Shown: positions 7,438 to 16,652, numbered from the stretch's first letter. The stretch is 36,936 nt of DNA from an uncultured Candidatus Saccharibacteria bacterium (GCA_964562615.1 CAZLUD010000001.1:1-36936); one strand, 5' to 3'. Notes: generated by a model not told the origin, from the sequence alone. Translations and numbers: made by a program.

Positions 7438-10407
7438 TTATTTTTTCATTTTCTTAACCACAAACTCGAACACACGTTCTTGTACAAACTTCTTAAGCTC
7501 TGGACTTTGGTCAAGTTTTTGATAAAGGCTAAAGTGCTTATCAAGCACACTCACGAGCTCATCCTGGAAGAGCTGATCGAATTTCAACTTAGCGGCATCT
7601 TTGCTGTTGTTCATCACTGAACCCTGAAGGACCTCACTTTCAAGTAATCGCTTACTCAAGTCATTAAGAATCACTCGATCGCCATCATTGAAGCTTGTAC
7701 CGTATCGTTCATTTACTTCTTTGATAATTCGAGACAAAGCATCCTTCTCTTCTTCAGAAGGTGTCTTACCGTCTCCACCGCCCATAGGCTCAATAAGGCC
7801 TTCTGCATTTTCTAATTGAACATGCATTTCACCTTTCTTTTCCACTCGGTATGTTTCCATGTCTATTGCCTGAAGGACCTCATACGGTAGTGGGTTTTCA
7901 CGCTTAGGAAGCTTTCTGATCAGATACTTCAAGAATATAAATAACTTTTCCAACTGAGGATCTTCGAAGGTCACAATCTGTGAGATGAATGCGTACTTCT
8001 TGAGATAATCAAATACCGTAGACTTGAAACTTTCCATTTCTTCTTCAGTAAGATTTTCTTCGTTGATTCGAGAAACCACGCTATCAATGATGTAGTTTGG
8101 CTTGTCAGGAGTTGCCTTTGAATACAGCTCATCGATGAATCCGTTCACTTCAAAATCAGTGAAGAACTTAAAGCCACGCACATCTCGCTCGAGATCGTGC
8201 AGGATGTTTGGATCTGTCGCTTCCGAGAGGACTGTAGTTGTGTAGTAAGGCTGGAAAGCATCCTTGATATCATCAGTCAGGTTTACGAAATCAAGAACAA
8301 AGGTTTCTTCTTTATTATATGTAGTTCGATTGAGACGAGATAGAGTCTGGACCGCACCAACGCCACCAAGTTTCTTATCTACGTACATTACCGATAGAAG
8401 TGGCTGGTCAAATCCAGTCTGGAACTTCTCAGCTACGATCAGGAACTTGTAGTCATCATTTTTGAATTCTTCAGCAGTCCGACTCTCAGGAACCTTGTTC
8501 ATCTGACCTTCTGTATATTCAAGCTTGGTGTCGACATCCTTTACTGTTCCAGAGAAAGCCACCAACGCTTTGTGAGCATATCCCTTTTCTTTGAGATATT
8601 TATCAAACGCAAGTTTGTACCTTACGGCATGGAGTCGCGACTTGGTTACCACCATAGCTTTTGCCTTGCCGTTAATAAGCGATGCAATCTTTTCTTCAAA
8701 GTGTTCAACCATGATCGCTACCTTCTTGTCGATAGCATGTTCATGTCGCTCAACGTATCCAACCATAAGTCGCTGAGCCTTCTTCTTGTCGAATTCCGGA
8801 TCGTCTTCAACCTTCTTCAAGAGTCCGAAGTAAGTTTCGTATGTCGTGTAGTTCTTGAGCACATCGAGAATAAACTTCTCTTCAATAGCTTGCTTCATTG
8901 AATAGAGGGAGAAGGGGCCAAATTTACCTGTTACCGCATCTTCAGTACCGAAGAGCTCAAGAGTCTTCTGTTTTGGAGTAGCTGTAAAGGCAAAGAATGA
9001 AAGATTTGGAGATGCTACTTTTCTCGCCTTCATGCGTTCAACAATCTGATCCTCAATCGTTTTAAATGCCTTCTCTTCATCTTGGCTTTCTTTTTCTGCC
9101 TCATCGAGGGTGAGAACCTGTCGCAAATCGGCCGCCGATTCACCTGATTGTGATGAATGTGCCTCATCAATAATCACTGCAAATTTTCTACCTTCAACTT
9201 TTTCTATAGCATCCACAATAACTGGAAACTTCTGCAAGGTTGTGGTGATGATCTTTACTCCAGCTTCAAGTGACTCCTTGAGCTCTTTACCACCATTCTC
9301 GACATGCTTAACAAGACCAGTTACCTGGCTAAAGCTTTTAACGGTATCTGAAAGTTGTCTATCAAGAACTCGTCGATCAGTTACAACTATCACACCATCA
9401 AACACATTCTTTCCTTCAGTGTCGTGAAGTTCAGCTAATCTGTGTGCGGTCCAAGCAATAGTATTACTCTTTCCGGACCCAGCACTGTGTTGGATCAAAT
9501 AGTTTTTACCTGCGCCTTGAACTTTGGTATCTTCGACGATTCTTTTCACTGTCTCGAGCTGGTGATATCGAGGAAAGATAACTTTCTCTTCCTTTCGCTT
9601 TTTACCATTCTTGTCTTCCTTTTCTTCGGTTACATCCTGTATGAAGTTACCGATCAAATCAAAGATACTATCCTTGGACCAGATCTCTTCCCAGAGATAA
9701 TGGGTTTTATATTTTCCTTTTGGTGCTTCAGGATTGCCAGACGATCCATTATTACCCTTGTTGAATGGTAGGAAGTAAGTGGTAAGTCCTGAAAGTCGAG
9801 TAGTCATGTATGCTTGCTCAGTGTCGACAGCAAAATGTGTGAGGCATCTCTTGAACCCGAGCAACTTTTCTTTCTGGTCACGATCTGTTCTGTATTGAGA
9901 GATTGCGTTGATGACATTCTGTCCGGTGAATTGATTCTTGAGTTCAGCGGTAAATAGGGGGAGACCGTTTACAAAGATCACTGTATCGATGGAGTTCTCA
10001 TTCTTCGCACTATATTTGACCTGGCGCATTACGCTCAGAATATTCCCTGCGTAGTCGGCAAGTGTCTCAGGATTTCTATCGTTTTCTGGTTTGAAATATG
10101 CAAGCTGGATAGTTACACCTCTATCCTTTATACCTTCCCGTAAAACACTAAGAAGACCACGAGAAAGAAGCTCTTCATCAAGTCTAGCCAAGAACCTTTC
10201 GGCCACATTGTCGCCATACTGTTCGACAAGCTTATCCCAGTTATCCTTTTGGGTAGTTTGAATAAACTCGAGAACCAACTCTGTATCCATACAAAGCTCT
10301 TTGTTGTATGAAGAAGTTGATCGAGTGCGGTATCCATGAAGACCCTTGAGTTCTTGCTCAATAAATTCTTCAAATCCTGATTCTTTTGTGTTTGTTTTTG
10401 TTGTCAT
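7438..10407 (-). CDS. hsdR: Type I restriction enzyme R subunit
   Basis: 989 aa. The N-terminal nuclease motif is DTVIFVNGLPLFTAELK, the Walker A motif is HSAGSGKSNT, and the DEAH box is VIIDEAHSSQSG. Helicase C-terminal blocks are also present. Confidence 0.9.
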   Translation of the reverse strand: MTTKTNTKESGFEEFIEQELKGLHGYRTRSTSSYNKELCMDTELVLEFIQTTQKDNWDKLVEQYGDNVAERFLARLDEELLSRGLLSVLREGIKDRGVTIQLAYFKPENDRNPETLADYAGNILSVMRQVKYSAKNENSIDTVIFVNGLPLFTAELKNQFTGQNVINAISQYRTDRDQKEKLLGFKRCLTHFAVDTEQAYMTTRLSGLTTYFLPFNKGNNGSSGNPEAPKGKYKTHYLWEEIWSKDSIFDLIGNFIQDVTEEKEDKNGKKRKEEKVIFPRYHQLETVKRIVEDTKVQGAGKNYLIQHSAGSGKSNTIAWTAHRLAELHDTEGKNVFDGVIVVTDRRVLDRQLSDTVKSFSQVTGLVKHVENGGKELKESLEAGVKIITTTLQKFPVIVDAIEKVEGRKFAVIIDEAHSSQSGESAADLRQVLTLDEAEKESQDEEKAFKTIEDQIVERMKARKVASPNLSFFAFTATPKQKTLELFGTEDAVTGKFGPFSLYSMKQAIEEKFILDVLKNYTTYETYFGLLKKVEDDPEFDKKKAQRLMVGYVERHEHAIDKKVAIMVEHFEEKIASLINGKAKAMVVTKSRLHAVRYKLAFDKYLKEKGYAHKALVAFSGTVKDVDTKLEYTEGQMNKVPESRTAEEFKNDDYKFLIVAEKFQTGFDQPLLSVMYVDKKLGGVGAVQTLSRLNRTTYNKEETFVLDFVNLTDDIKDAFQPYYTTTVLSEATDPNILHDLERDVRGFKFFTDFEVNGFIDELYSKATPDKPNYIIDSVVSRINEENLTEEEMESFKSTVFDYLKKYAFISQIVTFEDPQLEKLFIFLKYLIRKLPKRENPLPYEVLQAIDMETYRVEKKGEMHVQLENAEGLIEPMGGGDGKTPSEEEKDALSRIIKEVNERYGTSFNDGDRVILNDLSKRLLESEVLQGSVMNNSKDAAKLKFDQLFQDELVSVLDKHFSLYQKLDQSPELKKFVQERVFEFVVKKMKK

Positions 10408-10408
10408 A

Positions 10409-11650
10409 TTATTCGCTGTAAATGTTATATATCAAGTGGTGTATCTTTATTGTCTTGCCAGAGTCCTCAGGGAGAGTGTGATCGGATACAAAGTGGTTAC
10501 TGCTCAACTGTTTGAATCCTGATTTGTATTGCGCGTGTTTTTGAATGATGTCTGGTATTTGAGTTAGTATCTTTGAAAAATCCCTATTCTTTGAAAACAT
10601 AATCACGACGCCATAGTTTTGTCTCCAGGTAACATATCCCATTAATTGATCTATAGTATCTAGATATATTTTTTCTCCACCCCAATTTTTACATTCAAAA
10701 ATCAAAATTTCTCCCTTCTCGATCTTGAGATGTATATCTGTTTTACCTTTTTTAACAAAAGTCTCTCCCGTAGCATTGCCTTCAAAAATACCATTTAGCG
10801 CAGAAAGGATCACATCACGAAGTTGCTCTTCTCCTAATTGTTTATAAGCACCAGGAGTCCTCTCAAATGTTCTGCATTGATTATCGACGAATCCTAAGAT
10901 ATCTTTCAAAATCGATTCCTCAAGCGTATACTCTTCTGGTAATTTCGGGGTTGGTTTTACAATATGAACAAACTTTTTTACGTCAACATGGATTTTTGTA
11001 GCTGAAGGACTAGGCTTCTGTTTCAACGGTATTTTTATCTTCTGAGTTAGCGTATTTAACTTTTCCTTGTCGCTTGCTAATTTTTCTTTTCTTTTAGCAA
11101 TCCCATCTTTTATTGTTTTCAAGAGAAGAGCGTTTCCGGATTCAATACTAGAGTTCTTTTGATTCAGACTCTCAATAAGTCTTTGGGATTTTGTGTTGAT
11201 CTCGTTTGCAATACTGTCTTCGCTAGAGTGGCCACCATACCACTTAACGTCAAAAGAAAATGAGATCTCGTTTGGACCATAGACGACTCTTTTATCAAAA
11301 CCATCCATATGGTGCACAGGACCAGATAACTTCTTTAGCCAATCCAAATTAGGGTTGCTTTGTATCGGAATAGAAACTACAGCTGACTCATATTCAAAAT
11401 CGAGGTCACCTTCGTGGCGGTAAAATTCGTCACGTTGATGAGCGGGCACTCGTCGAACTTCTTTCTTCATTTCATACGACAAGTCCGCTGAATCGAATGC
11501 TAGTGGGACCAGAGCATATTTTTGACAATAGAAATTCGCAAGATCATCTATTTCTGATCCTAAAATTTGCTCATCAGACTCCCGCAAGATGTCTTGATTG
11601 AACATCTCGATAGCTTTTCTATAATAATCGTCAAAAGTTGGTCCAAACAT
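10409..11650 (-). CDS. Uncharacterised 413-aa protein with a C-terminal PD-(D/E)xK nuclease-like motif, embedded between hsdS and hsdR
   Basis: The gaps are 4 nt to hsdS and 1 nt to hsdR. The motif D305-x13-E319-C-K321 lies in TDIHLKIEKGEILIFECK (nt 10688-10738), preceded by the helix GEEQLRDVILSALNG. The N-terminal ~200 aa are unrecognised, and a Lys-rich linker lies in the middle. Confidence 0.5.
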   Translation of the reverse strand: MFGPTFDDYYRKAIEMFNQDILRESDEQILGSEIDDLANFYCQKYALVPLAFDSADLSYEMKKEVRRVPAHQRDEFYRHEGDLDFEYESAVVSIPIQSNPNLDWLKKLSGPVHHMDGFDKRVVYGPNEISFSFDVKWYGGHSSEDSIANEINTKSQRLIESLNQKNSSIESGNALLLKTIKDGIAKRKEKLASDKEKLNTLTQKIKIPLKQKPSPSATKIHVDVKKFVHIVKPTPKLPEEYTLEESILKDILGFVDNQCRTFERTPGAYKQLGEEQLRDVILSALNGIFEGNATGETFVKKGKTDIHLKIEKGEILIFECKNWGGEKIYLDTIDQLMGYVTWRQNYGVVIMFSKNRDFSKILTQIPDIIQKHAQYKSGFKQLSSNHFVSDHTLPEDSGKTIKIHHLIYNIYSE

Positions 11651-11654
11651 ATAT

Positions 11655-12887
11655 TTATACTTTAATTTTTCCTGTTACCACACTGGAAATAAGTGAGGAC
11701 TTGAACTCCTGTAAAAATTCAATTGATCTATTAATATCAGAAATCAGTTTTTCAAAAACTTCCATTTTTTCGTCCAATGATTTAACAATTTTTATTTGCT
11801 CTTCTATTGGTGGGTAGGAAATCATTTGATTCCCAATAAATTGCCAATTTGCTCGAGGCATCTTTGTCCCATAGGTGGAATCATTAATCGCTTTTATAAA
11901 ATCTTTACTTAACAATTTATAAAATAAATACTTTGGAATAACCTTGCCCTTTTTGGGTACAAGAGTCAGGAATTCACCGCTACAAACACCATCAAAATCC
12001 ACAGACAAAACCTTTGCTAAATATGGTCTTAATTTCCCAAAAAGCACATCTCCTTTGTAAAATATATTTACCGAGCTTTCAGGTTCAGACTTCTCTTTAG
12101 AATCAACAATTTTACCAGTGAGGCTTTCTACATTCTCAAGGCCTATGTATTTCAGATTTGCAGGGGCAATATCTAATTTTATTTTCCTTTCTGGCGCTAT
12201 ATATTTTAATTTTTCGGTACTTCCAAGAACATTTGTAACTGATTCGTTAATAGTTTCAGATTTCTTCTCTTTTAGAAGCTCGATCAACTTTTGTTTCTTC
12301 TCAATGATTTGATCGATTGAAAATGTTTTTTCATCAAGAAAAGCTACTATTGCTTTCTGTTGATTAAGGGGAGGTATAGGAACCGGTTCTATCTTTAGGA
12401 GATCTGAATTTATGGATTCTCTCAATTCCATTATTCCTTTACCAAGTCTCCCTAAGGTTTTTTGCCACGATTTATTTCTAAATAAATAATGGTAATAATC
12501 AGCAAATATTTCTTTATTTCTCGGATAGTAAATAATATATACAGAACTTGTAACACCAAGCTCTTTTGACTGTCCTACAGAACCAATTACAAGATTCATG
12601 CTATTTAGGACAATGTCTCCAGCGTGAACTATCTTATAGTTCTCAGGTCGATCAGAACTCTTATTACCAACATCACCCTTATCCGCATATCTAATTACAC
12701 CAACATCTTTCATTACAGAAAGTATATTGTCGGTTACGAGTTTTTTGTTTTTTTCTACCCTTTCAACTAATACAGACCGAAGTGGCCCAACTTGCCAATC
12801 TTTCGGAACTTTTCCAAACCACTCAACACCTGAATCTTTGTATTCAGGATATTTCTCATATTTCTTTGTAAGTTTGAGTGTTTGCAT
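11655..12887 (-). CDS. hsdS: Type I R-M specificity subunit
   Basis: 410 aa with two TRD-like halves separated by conserved helical spacers (LNQQKAIVAFLDEKTFSIDQIIEKKQKLIELLKEKK and EEQIKIVKSLDEKMEVFEKLISDINRSIEFLQEFKSSLISSVVTGKIKV). It sits between hsdM and hsdR. Confidence 0.85.
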   Translation of the reverse strand: MQTLKLTKKYEKYPEYKDSGVEWFGKVPKDWQVGPLRSVLVERVEKNKKLVTDNILSVMKDVGVIRYADKGDVGNKSSDRPENYKIVHAGDIVLNSMNLVIGSVGQSKELGVTSSVYIIYYPRNKEIFADYYHYLFRNKSWQKTLGRLGKGIMELRESINSDLLKIEPVPIPPLNQQKAIVAFLDEKTFSIDQIIEKKQKLIELLKEKKSETINESVTNVLGSTEKLKYIAPERKIKLDIAPANLKYIGLENVESLTGKIVDSKEKSEPESSVNIFYKGDVLFGKLRPYLAKVLSVDFDGVCSGEFLTLVPKKGKVIPKYLFYKLLSKDFIKAINDSTYGTKMPRANWQFIGNQMISYPPIEEQIKIVKSLDEKMEVFEKLISDINRSIEFLQEFKSSLISSVVTGKIKV

Positions 12888-12891
12888 ATAA

Positions 12892-14874
12892 TTAGAGTTG
12901 CTTTAGGAGAGTGAGTAATTCATTCTCGACCTTTTCTATGTCAGTCTCTATTTCCTCAAGACTTCGTGGGGCCTCGTACTTGTAGAAGTGCCGAGTGAAT
13001 GGAATCTCGTAGCCCACGATACCAACCTTGCCATCTTTGTGATCTCGGACGGATTCATTGATCCAAGCATCAGACACGTATGGCTTCACCTCTTTATCAA
13101 AATATTCCTTGATATCCATCTCATATGGAACATTCTCAAAATCACGCAAAGACGTGTCTGCCTCTGGATCGCCATTCTTATCAAGTACGATGTCGGCTTC
13201 AGGATCGCTTTCACTAAAGGTAGAGATAATCTTTTTGTAGAGTGCGGCCGTAAGCTTACCGGATACATACTGCCCAACCCTTTTATCGAAAGCTTCTTCG
13301 AATACCTTCTTGCTCATATATATCTGATTCTCGAAAGATTCTATGAGTGTCTTTACGCCAGCTTTAATAGCGCTTGGATCAAGAGTCGCTGTAATCTCTT
13401 TTATTTTCTCTGGAGTGAAATCAAGCTTGAGACGCAGAGGGCGCTCAATGGTGATCTGTCTGTATGCAAAGTCTGTTGTCTTGAAAATCTTTGAGTGTTC
13501 ATTTTCCTCAAATTTCTCGTACAAATCCAAGATTTGTTTTTTGTGTTCAGTGTCAATCTCATGTCGTTTGCTACCAAGGCTCTTGCGAGTCTTCTTGAAG
13601 AGGGCGCGAGCATCGACAAGCTGAACCTTACCTTTTCTTTCTTTTGACTTTCTGTTGGTAACAAACCAAAGGTATGTATTGATACCTGTGTTATAGAAAA
13701 GCTGATCAGGCAATGCGACGATTGTTTCGAGTAGATCCTTTTCAAGAATCCATCTTCGAATCTCACTTTCTCCGCTACCGGCATCGCCAGTAAATAGTGG
13801 GGACCCGTTGTGAACAATCGCTATACGTGAGCCACCATCTTTCTCAGGCTTCATCTTTGAAATGAGGTGTTGCAAGAACAAAAGCTGACCATCTGATATA
13901 CGAGGAGTCCCTGCACCAAAACGTCCTGCGTATCCACGTGTTGCTTCGCGCTCTACAGCATCTTTATCTTTCTTCCAATCAACTCCGTAGGGTGGATTAC
14001 TTAATCCGTAGTCAAATACTTCTGCAAAGAATTGATCGTTGGCGAGTGTACTTGCTTTTGAATGGTCTTTTTCACCACCTCGAATGAGGTCTGGATTATC
14101 ACCCTTGATAAGCATGTCTGACTTGGCCATAGCGTAAGTCACCGAGTTAAGTTCTTGACCGTAAAGGAAAATATCAGCTTCTTTGTTTATGTTTTCTAGA
14201 ATGTAATCCTTGGCAACAGAAAGCATGCCGCCAGTACCGCAGGCAGGGTCATAAATCTTTTTGATAACATGAGGTTTCTTGAGATCCTTCTTGTCAGGCG
14301 AGAAAAGCATCTCAGTCATGAGCCCAATCACATCTCTTGGCGTATAGTGCTCTCCGGCAGTTTCGTTGGACATTTCAGAAAACTTTCGGAGAAGTTCTTC
14401 GAAGATGTGTCCCATCTGATAGTTGTCTACTTTGGAAGGATGTAGATCCACCTTGTTTAATTCCTGGATCACGTAGAATAAGAGATCACCACCTTCGAGT
14501 CGCTCAAGTTGTTTACTGAAATCAAACTTCTCAAAAATGTCTTGGATATTCTTGCTGTAGCCATTGATGTATTGTTTGAAGTTCTTTGCAAGATGCTTTG
14601 GCTCTCCAAGAATAGTTTTGAAATTGTAATCAGAGATATTGTAAAAGGCTGTACCTGAAGTCTTCTTGAGGATGGGGTCAAGGTCATTCACTTTGCCTTT
14701 GTACTCATTGTATTTCTCGAGGACTGAAGCTTTGGTATCGGCAAGAATAGAGTCGAGACGCTTCAAAACCACCAAGGGCAATATCACGTCTTGGTATTCG
14801 TGTTGTTTCCAGCCGCCACGCAAGATGTCGGCTATACTCCAGATCATTGATGTTTTTTGGTTGAAATTTTCCAT
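12892..14874 (-). CDS. hsdM: Type I R-M N6-adenine DNA methyltransferase subunit
   Basis: The HsdM N-terminal pattern is IWSIADILRG. Motif I is IYDPACGTGGML and motif IV is LSNPPYG. Confidence 0.9.
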   Translation of the reverse strand: MENFNQKTSMIWSIADILRGGWKQHEYQDVILPLVVLKRLDSILADTKASVLEKYNEYKGKVNDLDPILKKTSGTAFYNISDYNFKTILGEPKHLAKNFKQYINGYSKNIQDIFEKFDFSKQLERLEGGDLLFYVIQELNKVDLHPSKVDNYQMGHIFEELLRKFSEMSNETAGEHYTPRDVIGLMTEMLFSPDKKDLKKPHVIKKIYDPACGTGGMLSVAKDYILENINKEADIFLYGQELNSVTYAMAKSDMLIKGDNPDLIRGGEKDHSKASTLANDQFFAEVFDYGLSNPPYGVDWKKDKDAVEREATRGYAGRFGAGTPRISDGQLLFLQHLISKMKPEKDGGSRIAIVHNGSPLFTGDAGSGESEIRRWILEKDLLETIVALPDQLFYNTGINTYLWFVTNRKSKERKGKVQLVDARALFKKTRKSLGSKRHEIDTEHKKQILDLYEKFEENEHSKIFKTTDFAYRQITIERPLRLKLDFTPEKIKEITATLDPSAIKAGVKTLIESFENQIYMSKKVFEEAFDKRVGQYVSGKLTAALYKKIISTFSESDPEADIVLDKNGDPEADTSLRDFENVPYEMDIKEYFDKEVKPYVSDAWINESVRDHKDGKVGIVGYEIPFTRHFYKYEAPRSLEEIETDIEKVENELLTLLKQL

Positions 14875-14882
14875 GGTGTTTA

Positions 14883-16019
14883 TTATTTATTAAAGAGATT
14901 AATGTATTCGGTAAGGTAGAAGATTCGATCCTTCTTGAGTCCGGTCTTCTCTGAGAACAAACCGAGCTTAACGAAATCTTTTGTTATTGCTGACGCTGTC
15001 GGGAATGTTACTGAGAGCATTGACTCGATGTCTCGAATCGTTACAACCGGCTGTGAGAACAGACAACGCAAAAGTTCTTTACCGAGTTTTTGGCGTTTGA
15101 TACCCATGCCTTTTTCGATTGTCGTCTCGTACTTCTTTCGGAGGTCGATAATCTTCTCGAGTGTCTGTCTTGAATTCTTTGCAGTCTCAAGCACACCGGT
15201 AAGGAAGAATCTCAACCAGTGTTCGATGTCGTTTGTTTCGCGAACACGTGAAAGACCATCGTAATATTGCGGACGATGCTTTTCAAAGAAATCTGAAATG
15301 TAGAGAGTTGGTTTCTGTAGAATACCGAGGCTTACCAAGTGAAGTGTGATAAGTAGTCGGCCAATACGTCCGTTACCATCGAGGAATGGATGGATGGTTT
15401 CAAATTGGTAGTGAGAAATAGCTATCTTTACAAGGTCTGGAATATCCAGCTCTTTGTTATGCCAAAATCTTTCAAGGTCACTCAAAAGCTCACCAACTTC
15501 TTCGTGGTGGGGTGGAATAAATACCGCATCCTTGAGAGTTGCGCCACCAATCCAATTCTGACTTCGGCGAACTTCTCCTGGAAGTTTTGTGTATCCACGA
15601 ACGCTTGAAAGCAAAACTTTGTGCGTATCTCTTGCAAGTCGCATTGATAGCGGCAACTTTTCAAGCTCTGCTATTGAGTAGTTGATCGCTTTGACGTAGT
15701 TTTGAACTTCTTCCCAGTCATTTCTTTTTTCTGGATCAATTTCGAGCTCAGGGAGAAGTGCCTCATCGAGTTTTGTCTGCGTACCCTCAATCTTACTTGA
15801 TGTGGTAGCTTCTTTTGCGATGTGCATTTTTATGAAAAAATCCACGTCAGGGACCAACTTTGAAAAAGCATTGAGCTCGCCTAGATATCTCATGGCATCA
15901 GCAAGAAGGACATCAATGCGCTTGTCTGTCCATTCAAAACTCTTATTAACCAAAGACGGCTGAAAGCTCTTGTAGCCCTCGTGTTGCTTATGGGTTCCTG
16001 ACTTGTATTCTTCTGTCAT
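14883..16019 (-). CDS. fic: Fic family protein (class II, N-terminal inhibitory helix) with a C-terminal wHTH-like tail
   Basis: The Fic core is [14 protein letters not shown]. The inhibitory motif (S/T)xxxE(G/N) is present as TSSKIEGT upstream of the core. Confidence 0.9.
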   Translation of the reverse strand: MTEEYKSGTHKQHEGYKSFQPSLVNKSFEWTDKRIDVLLADAMRYLGELNAFSKLVPDVDFFIKMHIAKEATTSSKIEGTQTKLDEALLPELEIDPEKRNDWEEVQNYVKAINYSIAELEKLPLSMRLARDTHKVLLSSVRGYTKLPGEVRRSQNWIGGATLKDAVFIPPHHEEVGELLSDLERFWHNKELDIPDLVKIAISHYQFETIHPFLDGNGRIGRLLITLHLVSLGILQKPTLYISDFFEKHRPQYYDGLSRVRETNDIEHWLRFFLTGVLETAKNSRQTLEKIIDLRKKYETTIEKGMGIKRQKLGKELLRCLFSQPVVTIRDIESMLSVTFPTASAITKDFVKLGLFSEKTGLKKDRIFYLTEYINLFNK

Positions 16020-16075
16020 GCGTGCATCCTATCATTTTAATTTAAAGAATGCAAATTTAAAGTTTAAGGCTTAAT

Positions 16076-16102
16076 CTTTAATTTAGATTTATTAAATTAA
16101 AG
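16076..16102. promoter_or_regulatory. 10-bp perfect inverted repeat (CTTTAATTTA-n7-TAAATTAAAG) upstream of fic; operator candidate
   Basis: Read directly from the sequence. Two direct AATTTAAAG copies also occur at 16039-16047 and 16054-16062. The context is AT-rich, so a chance occurrence is plausible. Confidence 0.25.
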
Positions 16103-16193
16103 ATAGAAAACAGGCACAAAATGCCATAATTTGTTGATAAATAAGGCTTTTATAGGTCTTGGAAGAGACTAAATGAGAGTTAAGATATAGCTA

Positions 16194-16598
16194 ATGACTA
16201 GCAAAAACACTAAAAATCTTGTTTTGATCGGCATTTCATTAGGCGCAACAAAAACAAATGCGCTCGACAGGCGCCTAAAGATCATCAACAAAAGCGACCA
16301 CTCAATTTGTGCGGTGCATATCACCCACAGAGACAGAGATGACTGGGGGCAAAACCTACTCGAGAACAGCACCGGTAGGTGCATATCTCCTGGGCAAAAC
16401 ACAATTGTTAATCCTGGTTACCAGGACGGGTACTGCATGATGCATGTGGCACTCGTACTAACAAGAAACAACCGGTTGGTCGAATTTATCGAACCAAGGC
16501 TGATAAACATATGCGCTGCCGTAACGTATACATTGTTACAGCAGAGTATCCCCACCAACGAAGACGAGGAAGGAGGTGAAGGAAACTACAATCTATAA
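16194..16598 (+). CDS. Questionable hypothetical protein (134 aa); the region could instead be a noncoding transcript
   Basis: This is the only ORF of size in an otherwise empty 0.8-kb stretch. A strong terminator follows 21 nt downstream. No recognisable family or clear RBS. Confidence 0.3.
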   Translation: MTSKNTKNLVLIGISLGATKTNALDRRLKIINKSDHSICAVHITHRDRDDWGQNLLENSTGRCISPGQNTIVNPGYQDGYCMMHVALVLTRNNRLVEFIEPRLINICAAVTYTLLQQSIPTNEDEEGGEGNYNL

Positions 16599-16619
16599 TT
16601 TGCTTGCAAACTCAAGCAC

Positions 16620-16652
16620 CCCACGCACATCACTTGTGCGTGGGTCTTTGTT
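16620..16652 (+). terminator. Rho-independent terminator
   Basis: CCCACGCACA-TCACT-TGTGCGTGGG forms a 10-bp perfect stem, followed by TCTTTGTT. Confidence 0.65.

Noticed and set aside
8264-10373. Antisense and alternative-frame ORFs within hsdR (8264-8452, 8572-8901, 9110-9427, 9442-9771, 10128-10373).
   Set aside because: They are shadow ORFs of the 989-aa HsdR frame and have no motifs of their own.
11655-12887. Possibility of hsdS shuffling or phase variation between this hsdS and the second S-like gene at 1-260.
   Set aside because: There is no inverted partial hsdS copy nearby, no intact recombinase adjacent (only a dead remnant), and no evident shared repeat between the two S genes in the visible sequence.
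16194-16652. I considered tmRNA (the ORF ends ...GNYNL just before a terminator), RNase P RNA, SRP RNA and 6S RNA.
   Set aside because: I could not find the tRNA-like T-arm and CCA end of tmRNA (no GGTTCGAATCC-type arm). I also found neither the RNase P GAGGAAAGTCC block nor the SRP helix-8 motif. The region is left as an unassigned ORF/RNA candidate in the findings.
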